A stretch of DNA of 64,000 bases from Gemmatimonas sp. (GCF_044376735.1 NZ_JBILKJ010000007.1:68-64067), one strand, 5' to 3'; positions 40,353 through 51,141 are shown, counted from the stretch's first letter. Notes: generated from the letters alone by a model not told the origin. Program-made: numbers and translations.

Positions 40353-42947
40353 ATGCGCTTTCGCTCACTCCCGCTGGCCGCGGCAGGGCTCGCGCTCGCC
40401 GCGTGTCAGCCAGCCAAGAAGCCGACACCCGCACCGACGCCTGCCGCCCGCCCCATCGCCCAGAACGGCGCCCCCACGCCGGGTCAGCCCGCGCCGGGGC
40501 AGCCCGCGCCAGGGCAGCCCACGCCGGGGCAGCCGCCCGCGGGTGGCCCGCCGGCCGGACTCGCCGGTCTCGCCGGCGCCGCCGGTGGCGCACAGGGGGA
40601 GCCCGCCCCGCGCCCCTACGCCACGGTCATCACGCCGCGCGCCAAGTCGAAGACCGGTGTCTTCGGCGTGCACCAGGTCGGCTCGCGTCTGTATTTCGAA
40701 ATCCCCGCCGCCGAAGTGGGCAAGGACTTCGTGATCACGACCGTGCTGGCCGGAACGCCCGCCGGCATCGGCATCAACGGCACGCTGGGTCCCGACCGCG
40801 TGATCCGGTTCGAGCGCCGCGACAACCGCATTCTCGTGCGCGACATCAACTTCAACAACGTCGCCACCGACAGCACGCTCTCCACCCGTCGCGCGATGTC
40901 GCTGATCGAGTTCTATCCGATCATCGCCGCCCTCAACGTGGAAGCGTACGGCAAGGACAGCGCCGCCGTGATCGAAGTGACGCGCATGTTCACCGGCGGC
41001 ATTCAGGAGTTCGCCGCCGGCGGCCGCCGCGCCGCCGTCGATGCCTCGCGCTCGTACATCGAGAAGTTCGCGGCCTTCGCGCGCAATGTGAACGTGACCG
41101 CGACGCAGACGTTCACGCCGCAGGGCGGCGGTGGGCCCGCCATTCCTGGGCTCAACCTCAGCGGTGCGCAGGCGACCACCGAAGCCTATACCTTCTCGAT
41201 CGTGCGTCTCCCCGACGTGCCGATGATGCCGCGGTTCATGGACGCGCGCGTCGGCTTCTTCGGCGAAACCAAGACCGATTTCGGATCGCCCGAGCAGCGC
41301 GTGCTGCCGCGTCGCTACATCTCGCGCTGGCGCCTCGAGTGCTCCGATCAGAAGGTCGGCAATCTCTGCGTGCCCAAGAAGCCCATCACGTACTACGTCG
41401 ACCCGGCCACCCCCGACTGGCTCAAGCCGTGGATCAAGGCCGGCATCGAAGAGTGGCAGGGCGCCTTCGAGCAGGCCGGCTTCGCCAAGGGCATCGTGGC
41501 CGGCGTCGTGCCGAACGATCCCGACTTCTCGGGTGAAGACGCATCGGTGGCGATGGTCCGCTGGCTGCCGTCGCCGGTGGCCAACGCCGTCGGACCCAGC
41601 ACGGTCGATCCGCGCACGGGCGAAATCATCGACGCCGATGTCCAGATGTATCACAACATCATGGACCTCCAGCGCGAGTGGTACTTCGCACAGGTGGGCC
41701 ACCTCGACAAGCGCGCCCAGACCTTCCCGTTCCCCGATTCCCTCATGGGACGCCTCGTGCAGTTCGTCGCCGCCCACGAAGTCGGCCACACGCTCGGCTT
41801 CCCGCACAACATGAAGGGCAGCTCGATGTACCCGGTCGACTCGATCCGCAGCAAGACGTGGGTCGCGAAGATGGGACACTCGCCCTCGATCATGGACTAC
41901 GCGCGCTTCAACTACATCGCGCAGCCCGAAGACGGGATCCCGCTCGGCGATCTCGTGCCCAAGGTCGGTCCCTACGACATGTTCGCGGTGAAATGGGGCT
42001 ACTCCCCGATCGCCGGGGCGAAGAAGCCGGAAGACGAGAAGACCACACTCGACACGTGGGCCCGCATGCAGGACTCCGTGCCCTGGTACCGCTTCGGTGG
42101 TGGACAGGTCGATCCGGGTGAGCAGTCGGAAGCGATCGGTGATGCCGATGCGGTGAAGTCCACGCGCCTCGGCTTCAAGAACCTGCGTCGCATCGTGGAC
42201 CTCGTCGTGCCTGCGTCGACCGCCGACAAGACCGCCGATTACTCCCTGCTGCGCACCACGTACGGCGGCGTGCTCGGACAGTGGGCGACCGAAGCCCAGC
42301 ACGTCACGCGCGTGGTCGGTGGCCTCGACAAGCAGGAGAAGGCCGTCAGCCAGAGCGGACCGGTGTGGACGATGGTGCCGCGCGCACGGCAGAAGGACGC
42401 CGTCAAGTTCCTGAACGACGAGGTGTTCACCACGCCCACCGCGATGATCAAGCCGGACATCCTCCGCAAGATCGAATCGGACGGCAACATCAACCGCGTG
42501 AGCGGTGCCCAGGCCCGCACCCTGTCGTCGCTGGTGCAGAACGCCAAGCTGCAGCGCATGGTGGAGTTCGAGGCGATGGCCACGAACAAGGCGCAGGTCT
42601 ATTCGCTGGGCGAGATGCTCACCGACCTGCGGAAGGGGCTCTGGAGCGAGATCTACACCGGCCAGCCGATCGATGCCTATCGTCGTCGCCTGCAGGCCAC
42701 GTACCTCGAAGCGATGGCCAGCAAGATCAAGCCGCCCGCCCCGAGTCCGCAGGAAGCGGCGCTCGCCGCGGCATTCGGGCAGGCCGTCGTGAACACGCGC
42801 GATTTCCGCCCGTTGCTCAAGGACGAGATGCGTACGCTCGATCGGGAGCTGGCGGCGGCGGTGGGTCGCGCCGGTGACCGTACGACCCGCGCGCACCTCC
42901 TGGACGCGCGCGACCAGATCAAGGCGATGCTCGATACGGACAAGTAG
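40353..42947 (+). CDS. Lipoprotein zinc metalloprotease (DUF5117/DUF5118/DUF4953, EcxA-like), copy 2
   Basis: ATG at 40353; lipobox LALAAC; (PGQPA/T)n linker; AHEVGHTLGFPHN; SIMDY. Confidence 0.9.
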   Translation: MRFRSLPLAAAGLALAACQPAKKPTPAPTPAARPIAQNGAPTPGQPAPGQPAPGQPTPGQPPAGGPPAGLAGLAGAAGGAQGEPAPRPYATVITPRAKSKTGVFGVHQVGSRLYFEIPAAEVGKDFVITTVLAGTPAGIGINGTLGPDRVIRFERRDNRILVRDINFNNVATDSTLSTRRAMSLIEFYPIIAALNVEAYGKDSAAVIEVTRMFTGGIQEFAAGGRRAAVDASRSYIEKFAAFARNVNVTATQTFTPQGGGGPAIPGLNLSGAQATTEAYTFSIVRLPDVPMMPRFMDARVGFFGETKTDFGSPEQRVLPRRYISRWRLECSDQKVGNLCVPKKPITYYVDPATPDWLKPWIKAGIEEWQGAFEQAGFAKGIVAGVVPNDPDFSGEDASVAMVRWLPSPVANAVGPSTVDPRTGEIIDADVQMYHNIMDLQREWYFAQVGHLDKRAQTFPFPDSLMGRLVQFVAAHEVGHTLGFPHNMKGSSMYPVDSIRSKTWVAKMGHSPSIMDYARFNYIAQPEDGIPLGDLVPKVGPYDMFAVKWGYSPIAGAKKPEDEKTTLDTWARMQDSVPWYRFGGGQVDPGEQSEAIGDADAVKSTRLGFKNLRRIVDLVVPASTADKTADYSLLRTTYGGVLGQWATEAQHVTRVVGGLDKQEKAVSQSGPVWTMVPRARQKDAVKFLNDEVFTTPTAMIKPDILRKIESDGNINRVSGAQARTLSSLVQNAKLQRMVEFEAMATNKAQVYSLGEMLTDLRKGLWSEIYTGQPIDAYRRRLQATYLEAMASKIKPPAPSPQEAALAAAFGQAVVNTRDFRPLLKDEMRTLDRELAAAVGRAGDRTTRAHLLDARDQIKAMLDTDK

Positions 42948-42983
42948 TCCGGATTCTGGAACGTCGAAGGTTTGGAGGGACAA

Positions 42984-43016
42984 CGGGGTGGTCGCGCAGG
43001 AAGCGCGGCCACCCCG
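42984..43016 (+). terminator. Stem-loop after the second metalloprotease
   Basis: CGGGGTGGTCGCGC-AGGAA-GCGCGGCCACCCCG; weak U tail. Confidence 0.55.
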
Positions 43017-43079
43017 CCGTCGTTCCAGCGCGCGGTACGACTGCAACCGAAACAAGCGCGCGCACGTACTTTTCCGCAC

Positions 43080-44975
43080 ATGTCATTGCTCGCTGATTCC
43101 GCCCCCGGCGATATCGCCCCAGTCCGATCCGCCCTGCGCGGCCAGTACGAGATCCAGCGCGAGCTCGGGCGCGGCGGCATGGGTATCGTGCTGCTGGCGC
43201 GCGACGAGCGCCTCGACCGCCTGGTCGCCCTCAAGGTCTTGCCTCCGCAACTGGCCGAGCACGGGGAGACGAAGGAGCGCTTTCTGCGGGAAGCCCGGAT
43301 GGCGGCCCAGCTGTCGCATCCGAACATCGTGCCGGTGTACCGGGCCGACGAGATCAACGGCTTCGCCTTCTTCGCCATGGGGTTCGTGGAAGGGGAGACG
43401 CTCGGCGAACGGATCCGCGACCGCGGGGCACTCCCCGCCGCCGATGTGGTCCGGGTACTGCGCGAAGTCGCCTGGGCGCTCGCCTACGCGCACGCCCGCG
43501 GCATCGTGCACCGGGATGTGAAGCCCGACAACATTCTGATCGAACGCGGCAGCGGCCGGTCGGTCGTGACCGACTTCGGTATCGCCCGGTCGGACTTCAA
43601 CCCGGCGCTCACCCAAGACGGATACGTGCTGGGCACGGTCCATTTCATGAGCCCCGAACAGGCCAGCGGGGAATCGCTCGACGGCCGCAGCGACCTGTAT
43701 GCGCTGGGGTGCATCGGCTTCCTCGCGCTCAGCGGACGGCTGCCGTTCGAAGGGACGGCGCCGCAGGCGATCCTCGTCGCTCACGCCACCAAGGAGCCAC
43801 CATCACTGCGATCGGTGGCGCCCGCCGTGCCACCGGCCCTCGCCGCGGTGATCGACCAGTGCCTCCGCAAACGGGCCGACGACCGGTTCGCCAACGGCGA
43901 GCAGCTGGCCGATGCGCTCGGCAAGGCACTCCAAGCGGTGGAGAGTGCCGCCCGTGACGAGACCGGCCAAACCGCGCTCTCCAGCGACGATGCCATGCTG
44001 ATCTGGCGGCGCGCGGCAGAGCTGCAAGCGGAAGCGGCGGCGCGATTGGAGTCACGCATGCGAGCGACCGCCGGTAGCAAACAGCTGGTCGCGACATCAA
44101 TGGCACCGGTAGGATCACCAAATGGCGCAACAGTAGCTGAACAGAGTACGGTCAGTGACGTAGCAGCGCCGACCGATTCCTATCGACTGCGCGATGTCGA
44201 GGCGGCCGCCGTTGAAGCCGGCATCTCACAGCGCTACGTCGCGCTCGCCCTCGATGAGCTCCGCGCATCACCGAACGCGGTGCAGCGTGCGCAGCCGATA
44301 CCGAAATGGAAGGAAGCCCTCGCCACGCGAATCCTCGGCACGACCCAGCGCACGCTTTCGGTGACGCGACGCTACTCGGCGTCACCTCGCGCCGTACTGC
44401 AGGTGCTGGGTCGGTCGCTGCAGGCGGTACCGTGGTCACTGTCGCTACGCGATACACTGGGGGGACACCCTCTCGATGGTGGCGTGCTGGTGTTCGAGCT
44501 TCCCGCGATGGTCGACGGCAACTACAAGTGGACGTGGACCCGATACGGGGTGTACGTCCCCGAGCTACGCGTGTCGCTGGCCCCGGCACCAGGGAGTGCC
44601 AAGGCCAGCGAGGTCACCATCCACGTGAGTCTCCGGGAGGGGCTCACGGCCAACATCGCCGGCTACAGCATCATTGCCAGCGGCGGCGGCTCGTTGAGTG
44701 CTTTCATCGGCGCCCTCATTGCGAAGAAGGCCATGCTGCTGACTGGTGCCGCCCTCGCCGGCCCCGCCTTGGCAGGAGGACTCCTGGTCGGTGTCGCCTT
44801 GCTGGCGTTCGCCGGCCCGCTCTACCGCTGGGAGATTCGGAAGGCTGAGGCTGAGTTGCAGGCGGCACTCGCGTCGGTCGACGCGGCACTCCGGTCCATC
44901 GACATCTTCGGCGACGCGCCAACGCCGCCGCTACCGCGGCCCCACGACGCCGGCGCCGACCTGCTGATGCTCTAG
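43080..44975 (+). CDS. Hanks-type Ser/Thr protein kinase with C-terminal membrane region
   Basis: LGRGGMG; VALKVL; HRDVKPDN; DFG; GTVHFMSPEQ; SDLYALG; two C-terminal TM segments. Confidence 0.92.
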   Translation: MSLLADSAPGDIAPVRSALRGQYEIQRELGRGGMGIVLLARDERLDRLVALKVLPPQLAEHGETKERFLREARMAAQLSHPNIVPVYRADEINGFAFFAMGFVEGETLGERIRDRGALPAADVVRVLREVAWALAYAHARGIVHRDVKPDNILIERGSGRSVVTDFGIARSDFNPALTQDGYVLGTVHFMSPEQASGESLDGRSDLYALGCIGFLALSGRLPFEGTAPQAILVAHATKEPPSLRSVAPAVPPALAAVIDQCLRKRADDRFANGEQLADALGKALQAVESAARDETGQTALSSDDAMLIWRRAAELQAEAAARLESRMRATAGSKQLVATSMAPVGSPNGATVAEQSTVSDVAAPTDSYRLRDVEAAAVEAGISQRYVALALDELRASPNAVQRAQPIPKWKEALATRILGTTQRTLSVTRRYSASPRAVLQVLGRSLQAVPWSLSLRDTLGGHPLDGGVLVFELPAMVDGNYKWTWTRYGVYVPELRVSLAPAPGSAKASEVTIHVSLREGLTANIAGYSIIASGGGSLSAFIGALIAKKAMLLTGAALAGPALAGGLLVGVALLAFAGPLYRWEIRKAEAELQAALASVDAALRSIDIFGDAPTPPLPRPHDAGADLLML

Positions 44976-45040
44976 GGACGCCGCTTGTTTTCTCTTATTA
45001 CTGAGATACTTTACGGGTATCCCAACGCCGAGCCAATCTG

Positions 45041-45946
45041 ATGTCCATCCGTCCCGTCAAGCGAATCGTCCAAGCCCAGCCCACCATGGAGGGCGCCGGC
45101 GTGCATCTGCACCGCGCCTTCGGCTTCGGTGAAACGGCCGAGACCGACCCGTTCCTCCTCTTCGACGATTTCCGCAACGACGTGCCTCGGCAGTATCAGG
45201 CGGGCTTCCCGTGGCATCCGCATCGCGGCATCGAGACCATCACCTACGTGCTGGCCGGCAACGTGGAGCACGCCGACTCGTTGGGCAACCGCGGCATGCT
45301 GGGCGCCGGCGACGTCCAGTGGATGACCGCCGGCAGCGGCATCGTGCACCACGAAATGCCGCAGGGCGATGCGCAGGGACGCATGCACGGCTTCCAGCTG
45401 TGGGCCAACCTCCCCTCGTCGCTCAAGATGACGGCGCCGCGGTACCAGGATGTGCAGTCAGAGGCGATCGCCGAAATCGTGGACGACGACGGCACCACCG
45501 TCCGCGTGATCTGCGGCGAGTTCTGGGGCAAGCGGGGGCCGGTGGACGGCATTGCCGCCGACCCCTGCTATCTCGACGTGTTCGTGCCCGCCGGTCGCAC
45601 CAAGTCGCTCCCGGTCGACGCCTATCGCAGCACCTTCGCCTACATCTTCGAGGGGTCCGGGACCTTCCGTCATGCCTCCGACCCGATGGGCGTGCTCACG
45701 GAGCGAACGGCGGGCAACGACGACGATCTCGTGCGGGACATGTCGGGCAACCGGTCGCTGGTGCTCTTCGACAGCGGTGACGAGGTCGTGGTGCGGGCCG
45801 GCGACCAGGGCATTCGCTTCCTACTGGTGTCCGGCGCCCCCATCAAGGAGCCCGTCGCGTGGTACGGACCGATCGTGATGAATACCCAGGCCGAGTTGCA
45901 GGTCGCCATGCGTGAATTGCAGGCGGGGACGTTCATCAAGCACTGA
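45041..45946 (+). CDS. Pirin family protein
   Basis: DPFLLFD; GFPWHPHRGIETITY; QWMTAGSGIVHHE; FQLWANLP; YGPIVMN. Confidence 0.95.
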   Translation: MSIRPVKRIVQAQPTMEGAGVHLHRAFGFGETAETDPFLLFDDFRNDVPRQYQAGFPWHPHRGIETITYVLAGNVEHADSLGNRGMLGAGDVQWMTAGSGIVHHEMPQGDAQGRMHGFQLWANLPSSLKMTAPRYQDVQSEAIAEIVDDDGTTVRVICGEFWGKRGPVDGIAADPCYLDVFVPAGRTKSLPVDAYRSTFAYIFEGSGTFRHASDPMGVLTERTAGNDDDLVRDMSGNRSLVLFDSGDEVVVRAGDQGIRFLLVSGAPIKEPVAWYGPIVMNTQAELQVAMRELQAGTFIKH

Positions 45947-45996
45947 CGGTGTTCGACCGTCTGGGGAACCCGCAGCGGTAGCCGGACACTCAGAGG

Positions 45997-47016
45997 GTGA
46001 TGTCCTTGCTCACCCCAACGCCCCGCGGGCTCTACTGCGCCGCCGCTGACTGCTACATCGACCCATGGGCACCCGTGCCGCGCGCGCTCATCACGCACGC
46101 GCACGGCGACCATCTGACGTGGGGCTGCGAGCGCTACCTCGTGTCGGCCGATGGCGAAGGCGTCTCGCGCGAACGACTGGGCACCTGGTCGTCCGGCCTC
46201 GAATCGATCGCCTATGGCGAGACGCGACGCATCAATGGCGTTGCGGTGTCCTTTCATCCGGCCGGACACATTCTGGGGTCGGCCCAGATCCGCCTCGAGT
46301 ATCGCGGTGAAGTCTGGGTGGTGTCGGGCGACTACAAGACCGACCCCGATCCCACCTGTGCCGCGTGGGAGCCCGTGCGCTGCCACACCTTCATCACCGA
46401 AAGCACCTTCGGTTTACCGATCTACCGGTGGCCGTCTCAAGCGCGTGTGTTCGCCGACATCAACGCCTGGTGGACGCACAACGCCAGCGACGGCCACGTG
46501 TCGCTGCTGTACGGCTACGCACTGGGCAAGGCGCAGCGCATGCTCGCCGGGCTCGATCCGACCATCGGCCCCATTCTCACGCATGGTGCGGTGGAGCGCA
46601 TGACCCAGGTGTACCGCGACGGCGGCATTCGCATGCCCGACACCACCTACGCGCTAACCGCGAACAAGTCGCCGGCGTGGGCACGCGCCATCGTGGTCGC
46701 CCCACCGAGTGCCGACGGCTCCACCTGGGCGCGCCGCTTCGGCAGCACGCGGGCCGCCTTTGCCAGTGGCTGGATGCAAGTGCGTGGCGCACGCCGACGA
46801 CGCGGCGTGGACACCGGCTTTACGCTCAGTGATCACGTGGATTGGCCGCAGCTGCTCAGCGCGATCAGCGCCACCGGGGCTGAACGGGTATGGGTGACGC
46901 ATGGATTCACCGGCGCCGTGGTGAAATGGCTCACCGACCACGGGCTCGAGGCGCAGGCGATCGCGACCCGATACGAGGGCGAACGCGATGACGTCACCGC
47001 TGACACGGCGTCATGA
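45997..47016 (+). CDS. Ligase-associated DNA damage response exonuclease (MBL fold)
   Basis: IDPWAPV.RALITHAHGDH; AGHILGSAQ; SGDYK; ITESTFGLP; ASGWM; LSDH.DW. Confidence 0.93.
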   Translation: MMSLLTPTPRGLYCAAADCYIDPWAPVPRALITHAHGDHLTWGCERYLVSADGEGVSRERLGTWSSGLESIAYGETRRINGVAVSFHPAGHILGSAQIRLEYRGEVWVVSGDYKTDPDPTCAAWEPVRCHTFITESTFGLPIYRWPSQARVFADINAWWTHNASDGHVSLLYGYALGKAQRMLAGLDPTIGPILTHGAVERMTQVYRDGGIRMPDTTYALTANKSPAWARAIVVAPPSADGSTWARRFGSTRAAFASGWMQVRGARRRRGVDTGFTLSDHVDWPQLLSAISATGAERVWVTHGFTGAVVKWLTDHGLEAQAIATRYEGERDDVTADTAS

Positions 47017-48617
47017 GACACTTTGCCGCGCTGTACGATGCGATCGATGCCACGACCGCGACCAGCGAGAAGGTGGCGGCGCTGGTGGCGTACTTCCATT
47101 CGGCATCAGCGCCGGATGCGGCGTGGGCGGTCGCGTTTCTGTTGGGTCGCAGACCAAAGCGACTGGTGCGCGCACCAGACTTGCGCGCGTGGGCAGCCGA
47201 AGCCGCCGATGTGCCGGCGTGGCTCTTCGAAGAGTGTTACGCGCAGGCAGGTGATCTGGCCGAGACGATTTCGCTGTTGGTGCCTGAGCGCGACGCCAGC
47301 GACGAGCACACGCTCGCCTGGTGGGTGGAGGAGCGGCTGCTGCCACTCGCACGCATGGATCGTGACGTCCAACGTGACGCGTTGGTGCAGGCGTGGGCGC
47401 AGCTCAACGGGACCTCGCGCTTTCTCTTCAACAAGCTGCTGACCGGGTCGTTTCGGGTCGGCGTGTCCGACGGCCTCGTGGTGCGCGCACTCGCGCAGGT
47501 CAGCGGGATCAACGCCGAGTCCATCGCGCACCGACTCATGGGGCAATGGGAGCCGAGCGCGTCATGGTTCACGCAACTGGTTGCCACCGAAACGACCGAC
47601 GCCGACTGGAGTCGTCCGTATCCGTTCTACCTCGCCTATCCGCTCGAGGCCGAGCTCGAATCACTCGGCGCGCCCACCGACTGGCAACTGGAGTGGAAGT
47701 GGGACGGGTTCCGCGCGCAGCTCGTGCGTCGTCGTGGACGCACGTTCCTGTGGAGCCGCGGCGAGGAGCTGCTGGCCGATCGCTTTCCCGAAGTCGAAGC
47801 GAGCGCCACGTGGTTGCCTGATGGCACCGTGCTCGACGGAGAGCTCTTGGCGTGGCGTGACGGGGCGCCATTGCCCTTCAGCGAATTGCAACGCCGCATC
47901 GGTCGCAAGACGGTGGGCAAGAAGCTCTTGGCTGACGTGCCCTGCCATCTGCTCGTGTACGACTGCCTCGAAGCGGACGGCGTCGACGTGCGCAACCAGC
48001 CCATGCACGAGCGCCGCGCGCTGGCCGTCTCCATCGTGTCTCGGCTGCCCGGCGGCGCGTCGATCGGTGTGTCGCCGGTCCTCGACGTCACCTCGTGGAG
48101 TGCCGCACGTGATGCCCGCGAACGCTCGCGCGAGATGACGGCCGAAGGGCTGATGCTGAAGCGCCGTTCGTCGCCCTACGGCGTGGGTCGCAAAGTCGGC
48201 GACTGGTGGAAGTGGAAGGTGAATCCGCTCACGGTCGATGCCGTGCTGGTGTATGCGCAGGCCGGACACGGCCGCCGCGCCGGACTGTTTACCGACTACA
48301 CGTTCGCGATCTGGGACGGGGATACGCTCGTGCCGTTTGCGAAGGCGTACTCGGGGCTCACCGACGCCGAGATTCGCGAAGTGGACGCCTTCGTGCGTCG
48401 CAACACGCTCGAGAAGTTCGGACCGGTACGCACCGTAAAACCGGAGCTCGTGTTCGAGCTGGCCTTCGAAGGCATCCAGCGCAGCACGCGCCACAAGAGC
48501 GGTATCGCGGTGCGCTTTCCCCGCATGGCGCGCTGGCGTCGCGACAAGCCGGCCAGCGAGGCCGACACGCTGGGTACGGTGAAGGCGCTGCTCACGTCGG
48601 AGCATGCGGGTGAGTGA
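47013..48617 (+). CDS. ATP-dependent DNA ligase
   Basis: EWKWDGFRAQ (motif I); LDGEL; EGLMLK; WWKWK; VRFPR. Confidence 0.95.
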   Translation: MRHFAALYDAIDATTATSEKVAALVAYFHSASAPDAAWAVAFLLGRRPKRLVRAPDLRAWAAEAADVPAWLFEECYAQAGDLAETISLLVPERDASDEHTLAWWVEERLLPLARMDRDVQRDALVQAWAQLNGTSRFLFNKLLTGSFRVGVSDGLVVRALAQVSGINAESIAHRLMGQWEPSASWFTQLVATETTDADWSRPYPFYLAYPLEAELESLGAPTDWQLEWKWDGFRAQLVRRRGRTFLWSRGEELLADRFPEVEASATWLPDGTVLDGELLAWRDGAPLPFSELQRRIGRKTVGKKLLADVPCHLLVYDCLEADGVDVRNQPMHERRALAVSIVSRLPGGASIGVSPVLDVTSWSAARDARERSREMTAEGLMLKRRSSPYGVGRKVGDWWKWKVNPLTVDAVLVYAQAGHGRRAGLFTDYTFAIWDGDTLVPFAKAYSGLTDAEIREVDAFVRRNTLEKFGPVRTVKPELVFELAFEGIQRSTRHKSGIAVRFPRMARWRRDKPASEADTLGTVKALLTSEHAGE

Positions 48618-51141
48618 GGCGGAGGCGCGTCTCGAGATTTGGTTTGCCGCGCGTGGCTGGAGTCCCTTCGCGTTTCAGCGCGAGGTGTGGAGCGCCTACG
48701 CCAACGGTGAGTCCGGGCTCATCCACGCCGCCACCGGCACCGGCAAGACGTACGCCGCCTGTATGGGGCCGGTTCTCGAGGCGCTGACGGAGCCGGCGCG
48801 GCCGATGGCCATGCGAAAGCGTAGCGATGCTGCGCCGCTACGCGTGCTGTGGATCACGCCACTGCGCGCACTGGCGGCCGACACCGAGCAGGCGTTGCGC
48901 GAGCCCATCGAGGCGATGGGATTACCGTGGACGGTCGAGTCGCGCACCGGCGACACATCGGCCGCAAAACGCGCCCGACAGCGCGACCGGTTACCGTCGG
49001 CCCTGGTGACCACACCCGAGTCGCTCTCGCTGCTGCTCTGCCGCACCGATCACGAAGCGATCTTCTCCGATCTGCGCTGCGTCGTGGTCGACGAGTGGCA
49101 TGAGCTGCTCTCCACCAAGCGCGGCGCCCAGGTGGAGCTGGCCCTTGCGCGCCTACGCCGCATCTGCCCGCAGCTGCGCACGTGGGGCGTCTCGGCTACA
49201 CTCGGCAATCTCGACACGGCCGCCGACACGCTATTGGGCTATCGCCCCGACGGCACCTCGCACGCGCGACGGCTGGTTCGTGGCATCGTGCCCAAAGACA
49301 CGCAGGTCGAGGCGCTGACGCCGGATACGATGGATCGGTTTCCGTGGGCTGGACATCTGAACACCAAGCTGCTCCCCGAGGTGATGCAGCGCCTCGAGGC
49401 GGCACAGAGCGCCATCGTGTTCACCAATACCCGCTCGCAGTGTGAGATCTGGTTTCAGTCGATCATCGCCGCCAACCCGGCGTGGTTCGAATTCACCGCC
49501 ATTCATCACGGTTCATTGTCGCGCCAGCAGCGCGAAGACGTGGAAGACGGACTCAAGACCGGGCGTTATCGTGTGGTGGTAGCCACCAGCTCGCTGGACC
49601 TGGGCGTGGACTTCTCACCGGTCGATCTCGTCATGCAGGTCGGCAGCCCCAAGGGCGTCGCGCGGCTCATGCAGCGGGCTGGCCGGTCGGGCCATGCCCC
49701 CGGGCGCGTGTCGCGTGTGGTGTGTGTGCCCACACATGCGTTCGAGTTGGTGGAGGTGGCCGCCGCCCGCGATGCCATGCGTGCCGGCGCGATTGAACGT
49801 CGTGAACCCATTGACCGACCGCTCGATCTCCTGGCGCAGCATCTGGTCACGCTCGCGCTGGGTGGAGGATTCACCCGCGAGGGCGTCCTGAAGGAGCTGC
49901 GATCCACACGGGCCTATCGTCTGCTCACCGACATCGAGCTGGATTGGGTCATCGACTTCGTCACGCGCGGCGGCAACGCGCTCAAGGCCTATCCCGAGTA
50001 TGCGCGCGTGCAGCTGGTGGATGGTCGCTACGTGGTGACGGATCGCCGCGTGGCGTCGCGACATGTGCTCAACATCGGCACCATCGTGAGTGACGCGGCC
50101 ATCGCCGTGCGCTACCTCAAGGGCGGCCGGCTCGGCACCGTCGAAGAGTCGTTCGTGTCGCGTCTCGCCCCCGGTGACAAGTTCATCTTTGCCGGCACGC
50201 CACTGGAGTTCGTGCGGCTACGCGACCTCACAGCATGGGTGCGCAAAGCCAAGGGCATCACGGGAGCGATTCCGCGCTGGCAAGGCGCCCGCATGCCGCT
50301 CAGTACCGAGCTTTCGCACGCAGTACGCGTGAAGCTCGAGGAAGCGCGACAGGGCGTGTACAGTGACCCCGACATGCAGGCGGTGCAGCCGGTACTCACG
50401 CTGCAGGCCGAGCGCAGCATCATCCCGCGGCCGGATGAGCTGCTCATCGAGCGGTGCGAAACGCGCGATGGGCATCATCTCTTTGTGTATCCGTTCGAGG
50501 GGCGCTTGGTCCACGAAGGACTCGCGGCGTTGTTCGCGTATCGCATGGCGCAGCTGACGCCGATTTCGTTGTCCTTCTCGTGCAACGACTACGGGTTCGA
50601 GCTGCTCGCACCCGACGCGGCACCATTGGAGGAAGCGCTGGAGGCGGGGCTGTTGTCCACGGAGCACTTGCTGCACGATATCACGCACAGTCTCAATGCC
50701 GCCGAGCTGGCCCGCCGTCAGTTCCGGGAGATCGCTCGCGTGGCGGGCCTGATTTTCGGAGGGTATCCGGGACAATCGAAATCGGTCAAGCAGATGCAGG
50801 CGTCAAGCGGTTTGTTATACGATGTGTTCGTGAACTACGATCCGGAGAACCTGTTAGTGCAGCAGGCTCGCCGTGAGGTGCTCGAGCGCCAGCTCGAATC
50901 GAGCCGCTTGGGTCGCGTCCTGCAGCGCCTCTCTGAAAGCATCGTGCGCGTAATCGACGTCGAGCGTCCCACGCCGCTCGCCTTTCCGCTGCTCGTCGAC
51001 TCCACGCGATCGCGCGTAAGCTCGGAGAAGCTGGCCGATCGCGTGCGTCGCATGACGGTGTCGGCCGAGAAGTCGACGCGATCGGGCACCTCGATGACGT
51101 TCCGTGCGCACGAGGGCCGCGCCACCAAGGTGGTGAAGTGA
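48604..51141 (+). CDS. Ligase-associated DEXH helicase (Lhr-Core)
   Basis: ATGTGKT; TPLRAL; DEWHEL; SATLGN; HHGSL; ATSSLDLGVD; QRAGRSGH. Confidence 0.94.
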   Translation: MRVSEAEARLEIWFAARGWSPFAFQREVWSAYANGESGLIHAATGTGKTYAACMGPVLEALTEPARPMAMRKRSDAAPLRVLWITPLRALAADTEQALREPIEAMGLPWTVESRTGDTSAAKRARQRDRLPSALVTTPESLSLLLCRTDHEAIFSDLRCVVVDEWHELLSTKRGAQVELALARLRRICPQLRTWGVSATLGNLDTAADTLLGYRPDGTSHARRLVRGIVPKDTQVEALTPDTMDRFPWAGHLNTKLLPEVMQRLEAAQSAIVFTNTRSQCEIWFQSIIAANPAWFEFTAIHHGSLSRQQREDVEDGLKTGRYRVVVATSSLDLGVDFSPVDLVMQVGSPKGVARLMQRAGRSGHAPGRVSRVVCVPTHAFELVEVAAARDAMRAGAIERREPIDRPLDLLAQHLVTLALGGGFTREGVLKELRSTRAYRLLTDIELDWVIDFVTRGGNALKAYPEYARVQLVDGRYVVTDRRVASRHVLNIGTIVSDAAIAVRYLKGGRLGTVEESFVSRLAPGDKFIFAGTPLEFVRLRDLTAWVRKAKGITGAIPRWQGARMPLSTELSHAVRVKLEEARQGVYSDPDMQAVQPVLTLQAERSIIPRPDELLIERCETRDGHHLFVYPFEGRLVHEGLAALFAYRMAQLTPISLSFSCNDYGFELLAPDAAPLEEALEAGLLSTEHLLHDITHSLNAAELARRQFREIARVAGLIFGGYPGQSKSVKQMQASSGLLYDVFVNYDPENLLVQQARREVLERQLESSRLGRVLQRLSESIVRVIDVERPTPLAFPLLVDSTRSRVSSEKLADRVRRMTVSAEKSTRSGTSMTFRAHEGRATKVVK

